Assembly: GCA_039679545.1 (NCBI GenBank)
Contig: JBDKUT010000072.1
Coordinates: 1 to 32,416, forward strand
Length of the DNA stretch: 32,416 nucleotides
Origin: Thermotogota bacterium
Lineage (GTDB): Bacteria; Bipolaricaulota; Bipolaricaulia; UBA7950; UBA9294
Direction: 5' to 3'
How positions within the stretch are numbered: position 1 is the first letter of the stretch; each line of letters opens with the position of its first letter. This document shows, piece by piece, positions 1 through 7,385 of this stretch. The position numbers and the translations under genes were made by a program. The notes under the pieces were generated by a model. That model searched no databases, was not told the origin of the DNA, and worked only from the letters and a program-made list of their open reading frames with translations.

Positions 1-2
1 TT

Positions 3-539
3 TGGCGCGAGCTCGAAGTTGCGGCGACGTCCGCCGACGAGTTGCGTCGGACGATCTGGAGCCGCATCGTGCGCGCCCGGAGCCTCAGCCCATCGCTCGC
101 CGGGCCCATTGCGCGTGCGTACGGCGATGTCCGGCGCGAGAGCGGCGTCCGCTTCATCGAGGGAGTCCCCGAGACGCTCGAGCTTCTCCGCCGCCGCGGG
201 TACCGCCTTGGCCTCCTGACCAACGGCCTCTCCGAGGTGCAGTGGGACAAGATTCGCACTCTTGATCTGGCGCGACGTTTGAACGCCATCGTCGTGGGAG
301 GAGACATCGGGTGCTACAAGCCCGACGAGCGCGCGTTCGCCGCGTTGCTTGAGCGCCTCAGTGCCCGCCCGGCGCAAGTTCTCTTCGTCGGCGATTCCTA
401 TGACGCAGACGTGATTGGGGCACACGGCGTCGGCATGCAAACAGCGTGGATTTCGACCGACGGCGCAGACTACCCCGGGACCGTCGTTCCGGACTACGTT
501 CTGACCTCTGCTGCGGAGGTCCTGGAGATCTTGCCGTGA
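3..539 (+). CDS. HAD-superfamily hydrolase, subfamily IA (YjjG-like), 5'-truncated by the window edge
   Basis: The frame is open from position 3 to the TGA at 537-539. HAD motif II (LLTNG), motif III (KPD) and motif IV (VGDSYDADVIGA..VG) are present. Motif I lies outside the window. Confidence 0.9.
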   Translation, partial: WRELEVAATSADELRRTIWSRIVRARSLSPSLAGPIARAYGDVRRESGVRFIEGVPETLELLRRRGYRLGLLTNGLSEVQWDKIRTLDLARRLNAIVVGGDIGCYKPDERAFAALLERLSARPAQVLFVGDSYDADVIGAHGVGMQTAWISTDGADYPGTVVPDYVLTSAAEVLEILP

Positions 540-1399
540 TCTCTACGCGAGCAATCGCCCTCGGAGCCCTCTTCGCAGCCACCGTCTTCTCCGCCTCCGG
601 TGCGCAGCCGGCCGAGCTTCCGCGCGTCATGCCGTCGTTCAATCAGGCATACACTGTAGGTCCCGATGCTTGGGGCCGAGCTCCGCTCGGCACCGGCGGC
701 TGCCCCGATCAAATTGCGACCACCGGGTGTCTCGTCTCGGCGTTTGCCTGCGTGCTCGCCTACTACGGCGTCACCGTCGAGGTGCCGGCGATCGACTCCT
801 GGACGGGGCGCTCCGAGGTCGGAATGAATCCGGGCATCCTCAACGACTGGCTCAGGACACACAACGGGTACGGGAGCTGCTCCGAGGACCCCGTCGGGAA
901 CTGCTGTCTCGAGTGGGACTTCCTTCCCGAGGGAGTCGACGTCACGTTCCACACGAATCACAGCGAATCCGGAATCAGCTCCGTCGCCGCCGTGGTGATT
1001 GACCACGCCCTCCGCGAAGGCCACCCCGTCATCGCCGGCGTTCACTGGGGCCTCACCTGCCGTGGCGGGCTACCCGAGAACGAGGACTGCCACTGGGTTG
1101 TGCTGACCGAGAAGGTCGGGACCACGTACGCCATCGTCGATCCGTACAACCCCAAGGCGACCAGCTCTTCCGGAGTCCGGACGACCCTGGCCGCGGGAGT
1201 CAAGGGCGCCTACGTCATCGACCGCTTCGTCGTCGTCGCGCCGGCCGCCCCGAAGCCCGCCCCGGTCGTGGCGGCGCCGACGGTAGCAAAGAAACCCTCC
1301 GAGCCGGCCTCACCGGGCGCCGTCTCGTCCGTCCTGGTTTTGCTCACCGCCATCGCCGTCATCGTCGTCGCCGTCTTCGCAACCGGAGCCGACCACTAG
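536..1399 (+). CDS. Secreted, C-terminally membrane-anchored peptidase C39-like (papain-fold) protein
   Basis: The GTG at 536 overlaps the HAD stop (GTGA) and is followed by a signal peptide. C39-like motifs are FNQ...W, TGCLVSAFA (Cys), HWVVL (His) and IVDP (Asp). A Pro/Ala/Lys linker and a hydrophobic helix end the protein. The ORF-track start at 446 lies inside the HAD gene. Confidence 0.8.
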   Translation: MISTRAIALGALFAATVFSASGAQPAELPRVMPSFNQAYTVGPDAWGRAPLGTGGCPDQIATTGCLVSAFACVLAYYGVTVEVPAIDSWTGRSEVGMNPGILNDWLRTHNGYGSCSEDPVGNCCLEWDFLPEGVDVTFHTNHSESGISSVAAVVIDHALREGHPVIAGVHWGLTCRGGLPENEDCHWVVLTEKVGTTYAIVDPYNPKATSSSGVRTTLAAGVKGAYVIDRFVVVAPAAPKPAPVVAAPTVAKKPSEPASPGAVSSVLVLLTAIAVIVVAVFATGADH

Positions 1400-1406
1400 A
1401 CGTCCT

Positions 1407-2192
1407 CTACACGCCGCCCCAGGCGACGGCCGCCGCGCCGACGAGGATCGAGTAGACGCCGAAGACCCAGAACTGCCTGCGTGCCACGACTCCGAGCAAG
1501 ACTCGCGACGCGCCGAGGCCGACCAGAAATGCGGTCGCCGCACCAAGAACGACGCCGAGCCAGTTCACTTGGGCAAGCCCTCCGGAGTTCCCCGACTCGG
1601 CAAGGTTCAAGACGGCGGCGCCGACGAGGGCGGGGATCGAGAGAAGGAACGAGAATCGCACCGCCTTCCCGGATTCGATCCCCCGAAGAATCCCCGCGCT
1701 GATCGTCACACCGCTGCGCGAGAATCCCGGCAACAGCGAGGCAGCCTGCGCGACGCCGACGGCCACAGCGTCGATGAACGCAAGCTCCCTCTTCCGTGCG
1801 CGACGCGATGCGCGGTCCACGAAGAGAAGGAGAAGACCGACCACAAGCCACCCGATCCCGATCAGACGGAGCGATGCGAACGCCTCGTCGATTCGCCCGC
1901 GCGCCAGGAATCCAACGACGACGATCGGAACCGTGGCGACGATGAGGAACCCGATCTCCTTTCGCCGCTCGAGGGTCCCGCGATGGGAAAGAGCGCGGAA
2001 GAGGTCGGCGACGTCGCTTCGAAAGACGACGATCACTGCGGCCACCGTGCCGAGGTGCAAGCACGCCTCGAGAAGGACCCCCGGCGGGTCGAAGCCGAGA
2101 AGCCACTGCACGAGGGCGAGGTGTCCTGAACTCGAGACGGGAAGGAACTCGGTCAATCCCTGGATCACGCCGAGGAGGAGGTACTGGATCAT
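1407..2192 (-). CDS. uppP: Undecaprenyl-diphosphate phosphatase
   Basis: Signature motifs QGLTEFLPVSSSGHL and LLPGFSRSGVTI, plus FSFLLSIP, in a polytopic 261-aa membrane protein. Confidence 0.97.
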   Translation of the reverse strand: MIQYLLLGVIQGLTEFLPVSSSGHLALVQWLLGFDPPGVLLEACLHLGTVAAVIVVFRSDVADLFRALSHRGTLERRKEIGFLIVATVPIVVVGFLARGRIDEAFASLRLIGIGWLVVGLLLLFVDRASRRARKRELAFIDAVAVGVAQAASLLPGFSRSGVTISAGILRGIESGKAVRFSFLLSIPALVGAAVLNLAESGNSGGLAQVNWLGVVLGAATAFLVGLGASRVLLGVVARRQFWVFGVYSILVGAAAVAWGGV

Positions 2193-2956
2193 GGTCGCCT
2201 CCGGAGGTTGCAGTGCAACGTCAACGAATCAGCCGAGCACGCGTCCGCGCACGCGCCACACTTGATGCAGTTGTGGTCGTCATGCTCGTGGTGAGGCTCG
2301 ATCCCCATGGGGCAAACCCTCGTGCAGGCGCCGCACTCCGTGCACTTCGTCGGGTTCCAGCGGAGATGCACCAGGCTCACCCGATTGAAGAGCGAGAGGA
2401 TTCCGCCCATCGGGCAGAGGTAGCGGCACCAGAACCGGGCGACAAGGACCATCCCCACCAACGTCGCCCCGAGCGTCGCCATGTGCACGAGGAACGGCCG
2501 GTTCACCCGCGCGATGCCAAGAACCAGGTAGGGAATCGACGACTCGAGAGATGCGGCCGGACACAGCTTGCAGAAGACGGTGTCCGCGAGCGCCCACGCA
2601 GCGACCAGGGTCCCTGCGAGCACGACGTACTTCCCGTACGCGGCGGTCCTCTGGATCCGCCGCCGGCGGAACGAGAGGAGGTCGTTGATCGCCCCAAACG
2701 GGCAGAACCAGCCGCAGAACCCTCGTCCCGCCGCGATTCCGTACGCGAGGATCGCCCCGAGTCCGAAGAACGGGAACGTGCCGAAGACGATCATGTTCTG
2801 CAGCAATCCGACAGGGCACACGGTGATCGCCCACGGGCAGGCGTAGCAGTGGAGTCCCGGGAACACGATGTGGGTCATCCCGATTCCTGTGATCCCCAGC
2901 AGGCCAAGGAGAACGCCGCCGCCCTGGGTGACGCGCCGCCAAGCGGACAGCTTCAT
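2189..2956 (-). CDS. Membrane-bound 4Fe-4S binding protein (NapH/MauN/YccM-like polyferredoxin)
   Basis: HCYACPWAITVCPVG, three CxxxCP motifs (FCGWFCP, FCKLCP variant, WCRYLCP) and two C-terminal ferredoxin motifs (CTECGACTRVCP, CIKCGACADACS), with several TM segments. Confidence 0.9.
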   Translation of the reverse strand: MKLSAWRRVTQGGGVLLGLLGITGIGMTHIVFPGLHCYACPWAITVCPVGLLQNMIVFGTFPFFGLGAILAYGIAAGRGFCGWFCPFGAINDLLSFRRRRIQRTAAYGKYVVLAGTLVAAWALADTVFCKLCPAASLESSIPYLVLGIARVNRPFLVHMATLGATLVGMVLVARFWCRYLCPMGGILSLFNRVSLVHLRWNPTKCTECGACTRVCPMGIEPHHEHDDHNCIKCGACADACSADSLTLHCNLRRRP

Positions 2957-3999
2957 GCGCCCTCCTCGAGCAGGAGAACCAGCCGGTTTTCCAGGTTTTC
3001 AATCCCGAACAGGACGTGGTCCACGCCCAAGCGAACGATCGCGGGAACCACGGTTCGGCCCGACTGAATCACCCCGTACCGCCTCGCAAGCTCCGGCTCG
3101 CGCTCGACGTCGACGAACCGGTAGCCAATCCGCGCGTTCAGCGCACCCACCTGCTCAACCAGGGCCTCGGCGAACGGACAGGACCGGCACCACGGGGCAT
3201 GAAAGACGAGGAGATCGACGGGTTCCGAAAGCGCCCGGATGCGAGCGGTTTCCTCCGCGGAAAGGTGCGGCGCGCGCGCGGCGGTCTCCTCGATTCCGAC
3301 GCACGACGTGCACAGCACCGCCGCGATGCTCCGAGCCTGCTCGTGCTGCCCGAGGACCACGCCGTACGCAAGCCCAGCACCCGCCGCAAGCAAGAGGACT
3401 GCACCCAGCGGCCAGCGCACGCCCGACGACCGCATCACGCAAGCCGTAGCAAGGACGAAAAGGGCAAGGCCCGCCGCGACGGCGTACGGAATCCAGGCGC
3501 GGGCCGCGGGCTGACTGGAGTCCGGGACCGGCCCGGCGGGCGGGATCGCCGCATCCGTCGGCCCAACACCGGCAGGCGTTCTGACGAGGACCGTGATGTC
3601 ACGCGAGTCGAGGAGCTGGAAGCAAAGGTCGCCGATGCAGTACGTATAGGCGAACTCAAGGCTCCCCGCGACCGTCCCCGGCAGGGCGTTCTCGGGGGCG
3701 AGGATCGACACCACGAGATCGATGGAGTTGAACGGTCGGAGAACTGTGATCTCCTGCGGCGCGGGGGCCAGCACGAACTCGCCCGGTCCGGTCCACGTTA
3801 CGACGATGTCGTCGGCCTCTCGAACGCTCGCGTTTTCGATCCGCACCGTCACCGTCGCTCGCTCCCCCGCGCCCACCTCGATCGACACCGGCTCAACGGT
3901 GAACGAGAGGATCTTCTCCTGCGCAACGGCAGTCATCGCTGTGGTCGCAACGATGACCAGGAGGGCGAGGATGGCTCCGACCTCCCGCCGACCGCTCAC
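2953..3999 (-). CDS. Thioredoxin-family fusion protein: signal peptide, Ig-like domain with Cx4C, two TM helices, CTSC motif, C-terminal thioredoxin (WCRSC)
   Basis: YTYCIGDLCF (Cys pair at 3622-3639), CTSCVGI (3301-3312) and FHAPWCRSCP (3178-3189) with the cis-Pro loop VVPAI. The GTG start overlaps the upstream stop. Confidence 0.85.
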   Translation of the reverse strand: MSGRREVGAILALLVIVATTAMTAVAQEKILSFTVEPVSIEVGAGERATVTVRIENASVREADDIVVTWTGPGEFVLAPAPQEITVLRPFNSIDLVVSILAPENALPGTVAGSLEFAYTYCIGDLCFQLLDSRDITVLVRTPAGVGPTDAAIPPAGPVPDSSQPAARAWIPYAVAAGLALFVLATACVMRSSGVRWPLGAVLLLAAGAGLAYGVVLGQHEQARSIAAVLCTSCVGIEETAARAPHLSAEETARIRALSEPVDLLVFHAPWCRSCPFAEALVEQVGALNARIGYRFVDVEREPELARRYGVIQSGRTVVPAIVRLGVDHVLFGIENLENRLVLLLEEGA

Positions 4000-5120
4000 G
4001 GTGTGGGCTCCTCGGCGAGCAATGCTTCAATCGCCGCGACAAGCGCGTCGCCGCGCAGACCGCGCGCGCGGATGACGCCGTCGCGACCGATGAGGTAGGT
4101 CATCGGGATCCCGCCGATCCGATAGAGAGAGGAGATCGGCCCGTCAGATCCGTCGTAGATCTGCGCGTACGAAAGGGCGCGCTTCGTGATAGCGTCGCGA
4201 AACGCGGCGTCGGACCGATCGAGGTTGACGCCGAGGACGATTACGCCCTTCTCGCTCAGAGCCTCGTGGATGCTGACAATCGTGGGCAGCTCCGCAAGGC
4301 ACGGGGCACACCAGGCGGCCCAGAAGTCGAGAAGCACGATCTTCCCGCGGAGCGAGGCAACGTCGACCAGATTCCCCTGCACATCCAGCGCCGTGAACCC
4401 GGGGGCGGGGAAGCCTTCGAGAAGCGGAGGCTTCGGCGAGGCAGGCACGGCCGCGGTCACGATCTCGGCCCAGGAGCCGTCGGCCGCCACGGCCGCGGTG
4501 ACGTACGTCGTCCCCTCAATGACGAACGGCTCGTAGAGGCCGAACCGCTCGTGGGAGTCGGCGTCCGTCAGGAGCCGGCCGTCTCCGTCAACATCCACGA
4601 ACAGCGTCCCGGCGTCATCGTCGAACCTCCCGTTGGTGTCGTCGTCGACGACGGCGAGCGCAACGGTCCGTCCCGCGGTTTCGAGCGCTCCCGATCGATA
4701 GTTGTCGCGGCAGTACGTAACCACCACCGGAAGAAACGGAGACCACATGAGGAACGCGCGGTAGGATGCCGTCTGGCTTTCGGTGCCGGTGAGAATGAAC
4801 TCCGGAGACGCGAGCAGCGTTCCGTCGGCGAAGGCTTGGTCCCATTCGACGGGCGTCGTTGTCCCGTCCCCATCGAGGTCGACCGCGAGCGTCGCTCCGT
4901 CCGTCGGGGAAGCGATCCGCACGGCGCGCCGCTCGCCCGCAAGGGTCAGGATCCCGGAGAGCGCTCCGCGGTCCGTCCCGTCGGGCGAGACCTGGATCAT
5001 GTGCAGCGCACAGGACGTCGTGAGGAGGGTGATGTCGCCCACGTACTCAAGAGGAACCGTCGCCGCGGCCGCGGCGCAGGCTACGAAAAGCGAGACGCAG
5101 ACAACGGCGGCCGCTCTCAT
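3996..5120 (-). CDS. TlpA/ResA-family disulfide reductase (redoxin) with a large exported N-terminal domain
   Basis: The C-terminal domain reads APGFTALD..G..V....LRGKIVLLDFWAAWCAPC...GIPMTYLIGRDG. The ATG at 5120 overlaps the gltX stop (ATGA) and begins a signal peptide, MRAAAVVCVSLFVACAAAAA. The ORF-track start at 5318 lies inside gltX. Confidence 0.88.
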   Translation of the reverse strand: MRAAAVVCVSLFVACAAAAATVPLEYVGDITLLTTSCALHMIQVSPDGTDRGALSGILTLAGERRAVRIASPTDGATLAVDLDGDGTTTPVEWDQAFADGTLLASPEFILTGTESQTASYRAFLMWSPFLPVVVTYCRDNYRSGALETAGRTVALAVVDDDTNGRFDDDAGTLFVDVDGDGRLLTDADSHERFGLYEPFVIEGTTYVTAAVAADGSWAEIVTAAVPASPKPPLLEGFPAPGFTALDVQGNLVDVASLRGKIVLLDFWAAWCAPCLAELPTIVSIHEALSEKGVIVLGVNLDRSDAAFRDAITKRALSYAQIYDGSDGPISSLYRIGGIPMTYLIGRDGVIRARGLRGDALVAAIEALLAEEPTP

Positions 5121-6406
5121 CCGCGGGTCTCCCCGGCGTACGCGCGAAGCCGATCCACGGTCATCGACGGGCCCACGGCCGACAGGATCTCGAACAATCC
5201 CGGTCCCACCTTCCGCCCGGTGACGGCGATCCGGCAGGCCTGCGCCACGTCCTTCAGGGTCGCGTTCTCTCTGCCGAGGACATTGCGGAACGCCTCTTCG
5301 ACCTTCTCCGCCGTCCACGGATCGAGCGACTCGACCCCGTCGGCAAGGGTCGCCATGAGGTGAGCCTGCGTCGGCGTCACGGCGACCTGATCCTCACGTT
5401 CGAGCGGGACGGGGAACAGCATCTCCAGGGTTGCCGCGAGATCGGCAAGGGTCTTCGCGCGGTCCCGCAACAGGTTCGCCCCGGCACCAAGTCGCTCGCG
5501 GTTTGCCTGAGCCCACATCTCTGCGCTGACGTGCCCGCGCGCGACGACGAACGGCTCCGCAAGACCGACGAGCGCGTCGAGATCCGCGCGCTTCATGTGC
5601 TGCTGGTTGAGCCACAAGAGCTTGGCGTCCTCGAACACGGCCGCCGACTTGTTCAAGCCCTCTAGGGTGAACAGCCGAACGAGGTCGTCGCGCGAGAAGA
5701 CCTCCTCGTCCCCGTGGGCCCACCCCAACCGGACGAGGAAGTTCACGAGGGCATCCGGCAGGATTCCTCGGCTCTTGTACTCGAGGACCGAGGTGGCACC
5801 GTGCCTCTTGGAGAGCTTCCCACGGTCCGGGCCCAGGATCATTGGAAGGTGGTAGAAGAGCGGCATGGGGCGCTCGAGCGCCTGGTAGATCCGCATCTGC
5901 TTCGGCAGGTTGTTGAGGTGCTCGTCTCCGCGGATCACGTGCGTGATCTCCATGTCGACATCGTCAATGACCACGACGAAGTTGTAGACGAACGAGCCGT
6001 CGCTCCGTCGGATGACGAAGTCCTTCAACTGCTCGTTGTCGAACCGCACGTCACCGACCAGCTCGTCGTGCACGACCGTCGCCCCCGCGTCGGGAACGCG
6101 GAACCACCAAGCTCCTTCCTTCTCGTAGACCGCACCTGCGCGAAGGAGCGATTCCGCAACCTCCAGGTGGCGTTCGTGGCGCTCGGCCTGGCGGTAGTAC
6201 TCGTCCCAGTCCAGTCCGAGCCACCGCATCGAGGCCACAATCTGCTCGATGGCCTCGTCGGTGGACCGCTCGCGGTCCGTGTCCTCGATGCGCAGGACGA
6301 ACGTTCCGCCGGTGTGCCGCGCGAAGAGCCAGTTGAACAGCGCCGTGCGCGCTCCGCCGACGTGCAAGTATCCCGTCGGGCTCGGCGCGAACCTCACTCG
6401 AATCAT
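5117..6406 (-). CDS. gltX: Glutamate--tRNA ligase (short form, 429 aa)
   Basis: RVRFAPSPTGYLHVGGARTALFN, LRIEDTD, ITHVIRGDEH and KLSKRHG. A C-terminal anticodon-binding domain (RIAVTG..GPGLF) is present, so this is not GluQ. Confidence 0.96.
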   Translation of the reverse strand: MIRVRFAPSPTGYLHVGGARTALFNWLFARHTGGTFVLRIEDTDRERSTDEAIEQIVASMRWLGLDWDEYYRQAERHERHLEVAESLLRAGAVYEKEGAWWFRVPDAGATVVHDELVGDVRFDNEQLKDFVIRRSDGSFVYNFVVVIDDVDMEITHVIRGDEHLNNLPKQMRIYQALERPMPLFYHLPMILGPDRGKLSKRHGATSVLEYKSRGILPDALVNFLVRLGWAHGDEEVFSRDDLVRLFTLEGLNKSAAVFEDAKLLWLNQQHMKRADLDALVGLAEPFVVARGHVSAEMWAQANRERLGAGANLLRDRAKTLADLAATLEMLFPVPLEREDQVAVTPTQAHLMATLADGVESLDPWTAEKVEEAFRNVLGRENATLKDVAQACRIAVTGRKVGPGLFEILSAVGPSMTVDRLRAYAGETRG

Positions 6407-6442
6407 CGTCCCCCCTCAATTCCGGGTCGTGCCCGCGCGCCC

Positions 6443-6451
6443 ATTGTACCA
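6443..6451 (-). promoter_or_regulatory. Putative extended -10 promoter element (TGGTACAAT) for the gltX operon
   Basis: The minus strand reads TG-G-TACAAT about 37 nt upstream of the gltX ATG. A GAGGGGGG SD-like run precedes the ATG. Confidence 0.55.
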
Positions 6452-6472
6452 CCGGCGTCGCGATCGATCGGG

Positions 6473-7261
6473 TCAGCCACGGCCTGTGTCTCTACGCCCT
6501 CGACGGCGGAACTCCGAGCAGACCACGGCGGCCGCCACCGCCACGTTGAGCGACTCCTTCCCGGGAGCGGGCGCCGTCCACGGTGGAATGGTGATTCTCC
6601 GGGAGACGAACGGGAGAACCTCCTCCGACAGACCTCTCGCCTCGTTGCCGAAGAGGATGATGCCGTGGCCTCCAAGCTCGGCTTCGTAGATCGACTCGCC
6701 GTCCAGGACGGTTCCATAGACGGGCAGCTCGCGCGCGGCCACATCGCGGAGCAGGGCGGGAAGCGAGACGCGGTGCACGCCGACGTGGAGGAACGCTCCC
6801 ATGGTGGCCTGCACGACCTTAGGGTTGTAGGGGTCGACGCAATCCGGGGAACAGACGACGCAAGAGGCGCCGAACCACGCGGCGACGCGAAGGAGGCTGC
6901 CGAGGTTCCCGGGGTCCCGCACCGCTTCGAGCCCGAGCGACAGGCCCTCGAGAAGCTGGGACGGGTACAACTCTTCGCCGGGCTGCGGCACCACAGCGAT
7001 CGCGTTCTGCGGGGTTGCGAGGAAGCTCAGCTTCCCAAGCTCGGCTCGGCTGACGCGGGTGACCTCTCCTACATTCGCCCCCGCAGACCGGGGCTGCGCC
7101 TCCCACCACTCATCCACAACGTAGAGCTGCTCGATGGGGTGTTTCGCCTCGAGGTAGTCGCCGACCATCCTGTCGCCCTCAACCACGTAGAGGCGAAGCT
7201 GTGCGCGAACCTTGTCCTGCTGCAGAGATCGGACAAGCCGCATCCTGCTCTGGCTCAACAT
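6473..7261 (-). CDS. TrmH/SpoU-family (SPOUT) RNA 2'-O-methyltransferase
   Basis: SPOUT motifs DPGNLGSLLR, FGNEARGLS and ESLNVAVAAA, with an N-terminal substrate-binding domain (VVEG...ATPQNAIAVV). A GGAGGT SD lies upstream. Confidence 0.93.
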   Translation of the reverse strand: MLSQSRMRLVRSLQQDKVRAQLRLYVVEGDRMVGDYLEAKHPIEQLYVVDEWWEAQPRSAGANVGEVTRVSRAELGKLSFLATPQNAIAVVPQPGEELYPSQLLEGLSLGLEAVRDPGNLGSLLRVAAWFGASCVVCSPDCVDPYNPKVVQATMGAFLHVGVHRVSLPALLRDVAARELPVYGTVLDGESIYEAELGGHGIILFGNEARGLSEEVLPFVSRRITIPPWTAPAPGKESLNVAVAAAVVCSEFRRRGRRDTGRG

Positions 7262-7359
7262 CGCACCTCCGTTTGAGGGGCTTCGACGTGCATCGTCCTA
7301 AGATCTTGGCACATTCGGTGCTCGGCGACGAGGAGGTCTGAGGTTCGGTAAGAGGCCAG

Positions 7360-7385
7360 GGGAGAGGGACTTGCGTCCCTCTCCC
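7360..7385 (-). terminator. Perfect 11-bp hairpin with a GCAA tetraloop (minus strand); terminator-like or part of a small RNA
   Basis: GGGAGAGGGAC-TTGC-GTCCCTCTCCC on +. The loop reads GCAA (GNRA) on the minus strand. There is no clear U-tract, so the function is uncertain. Confidence 0.45.

Noticed and set aside
2189..5120. Selenocysteine in the redox module
   Set aside because: All CxxC motifs are encoded by TGC/TGT. The TGA codons are terminal and overlap the next start codon.
5714..7276. 520-aa plus-strand ORF
   Set aside because: It is the shadow of gltX and the TrmH-family gene.
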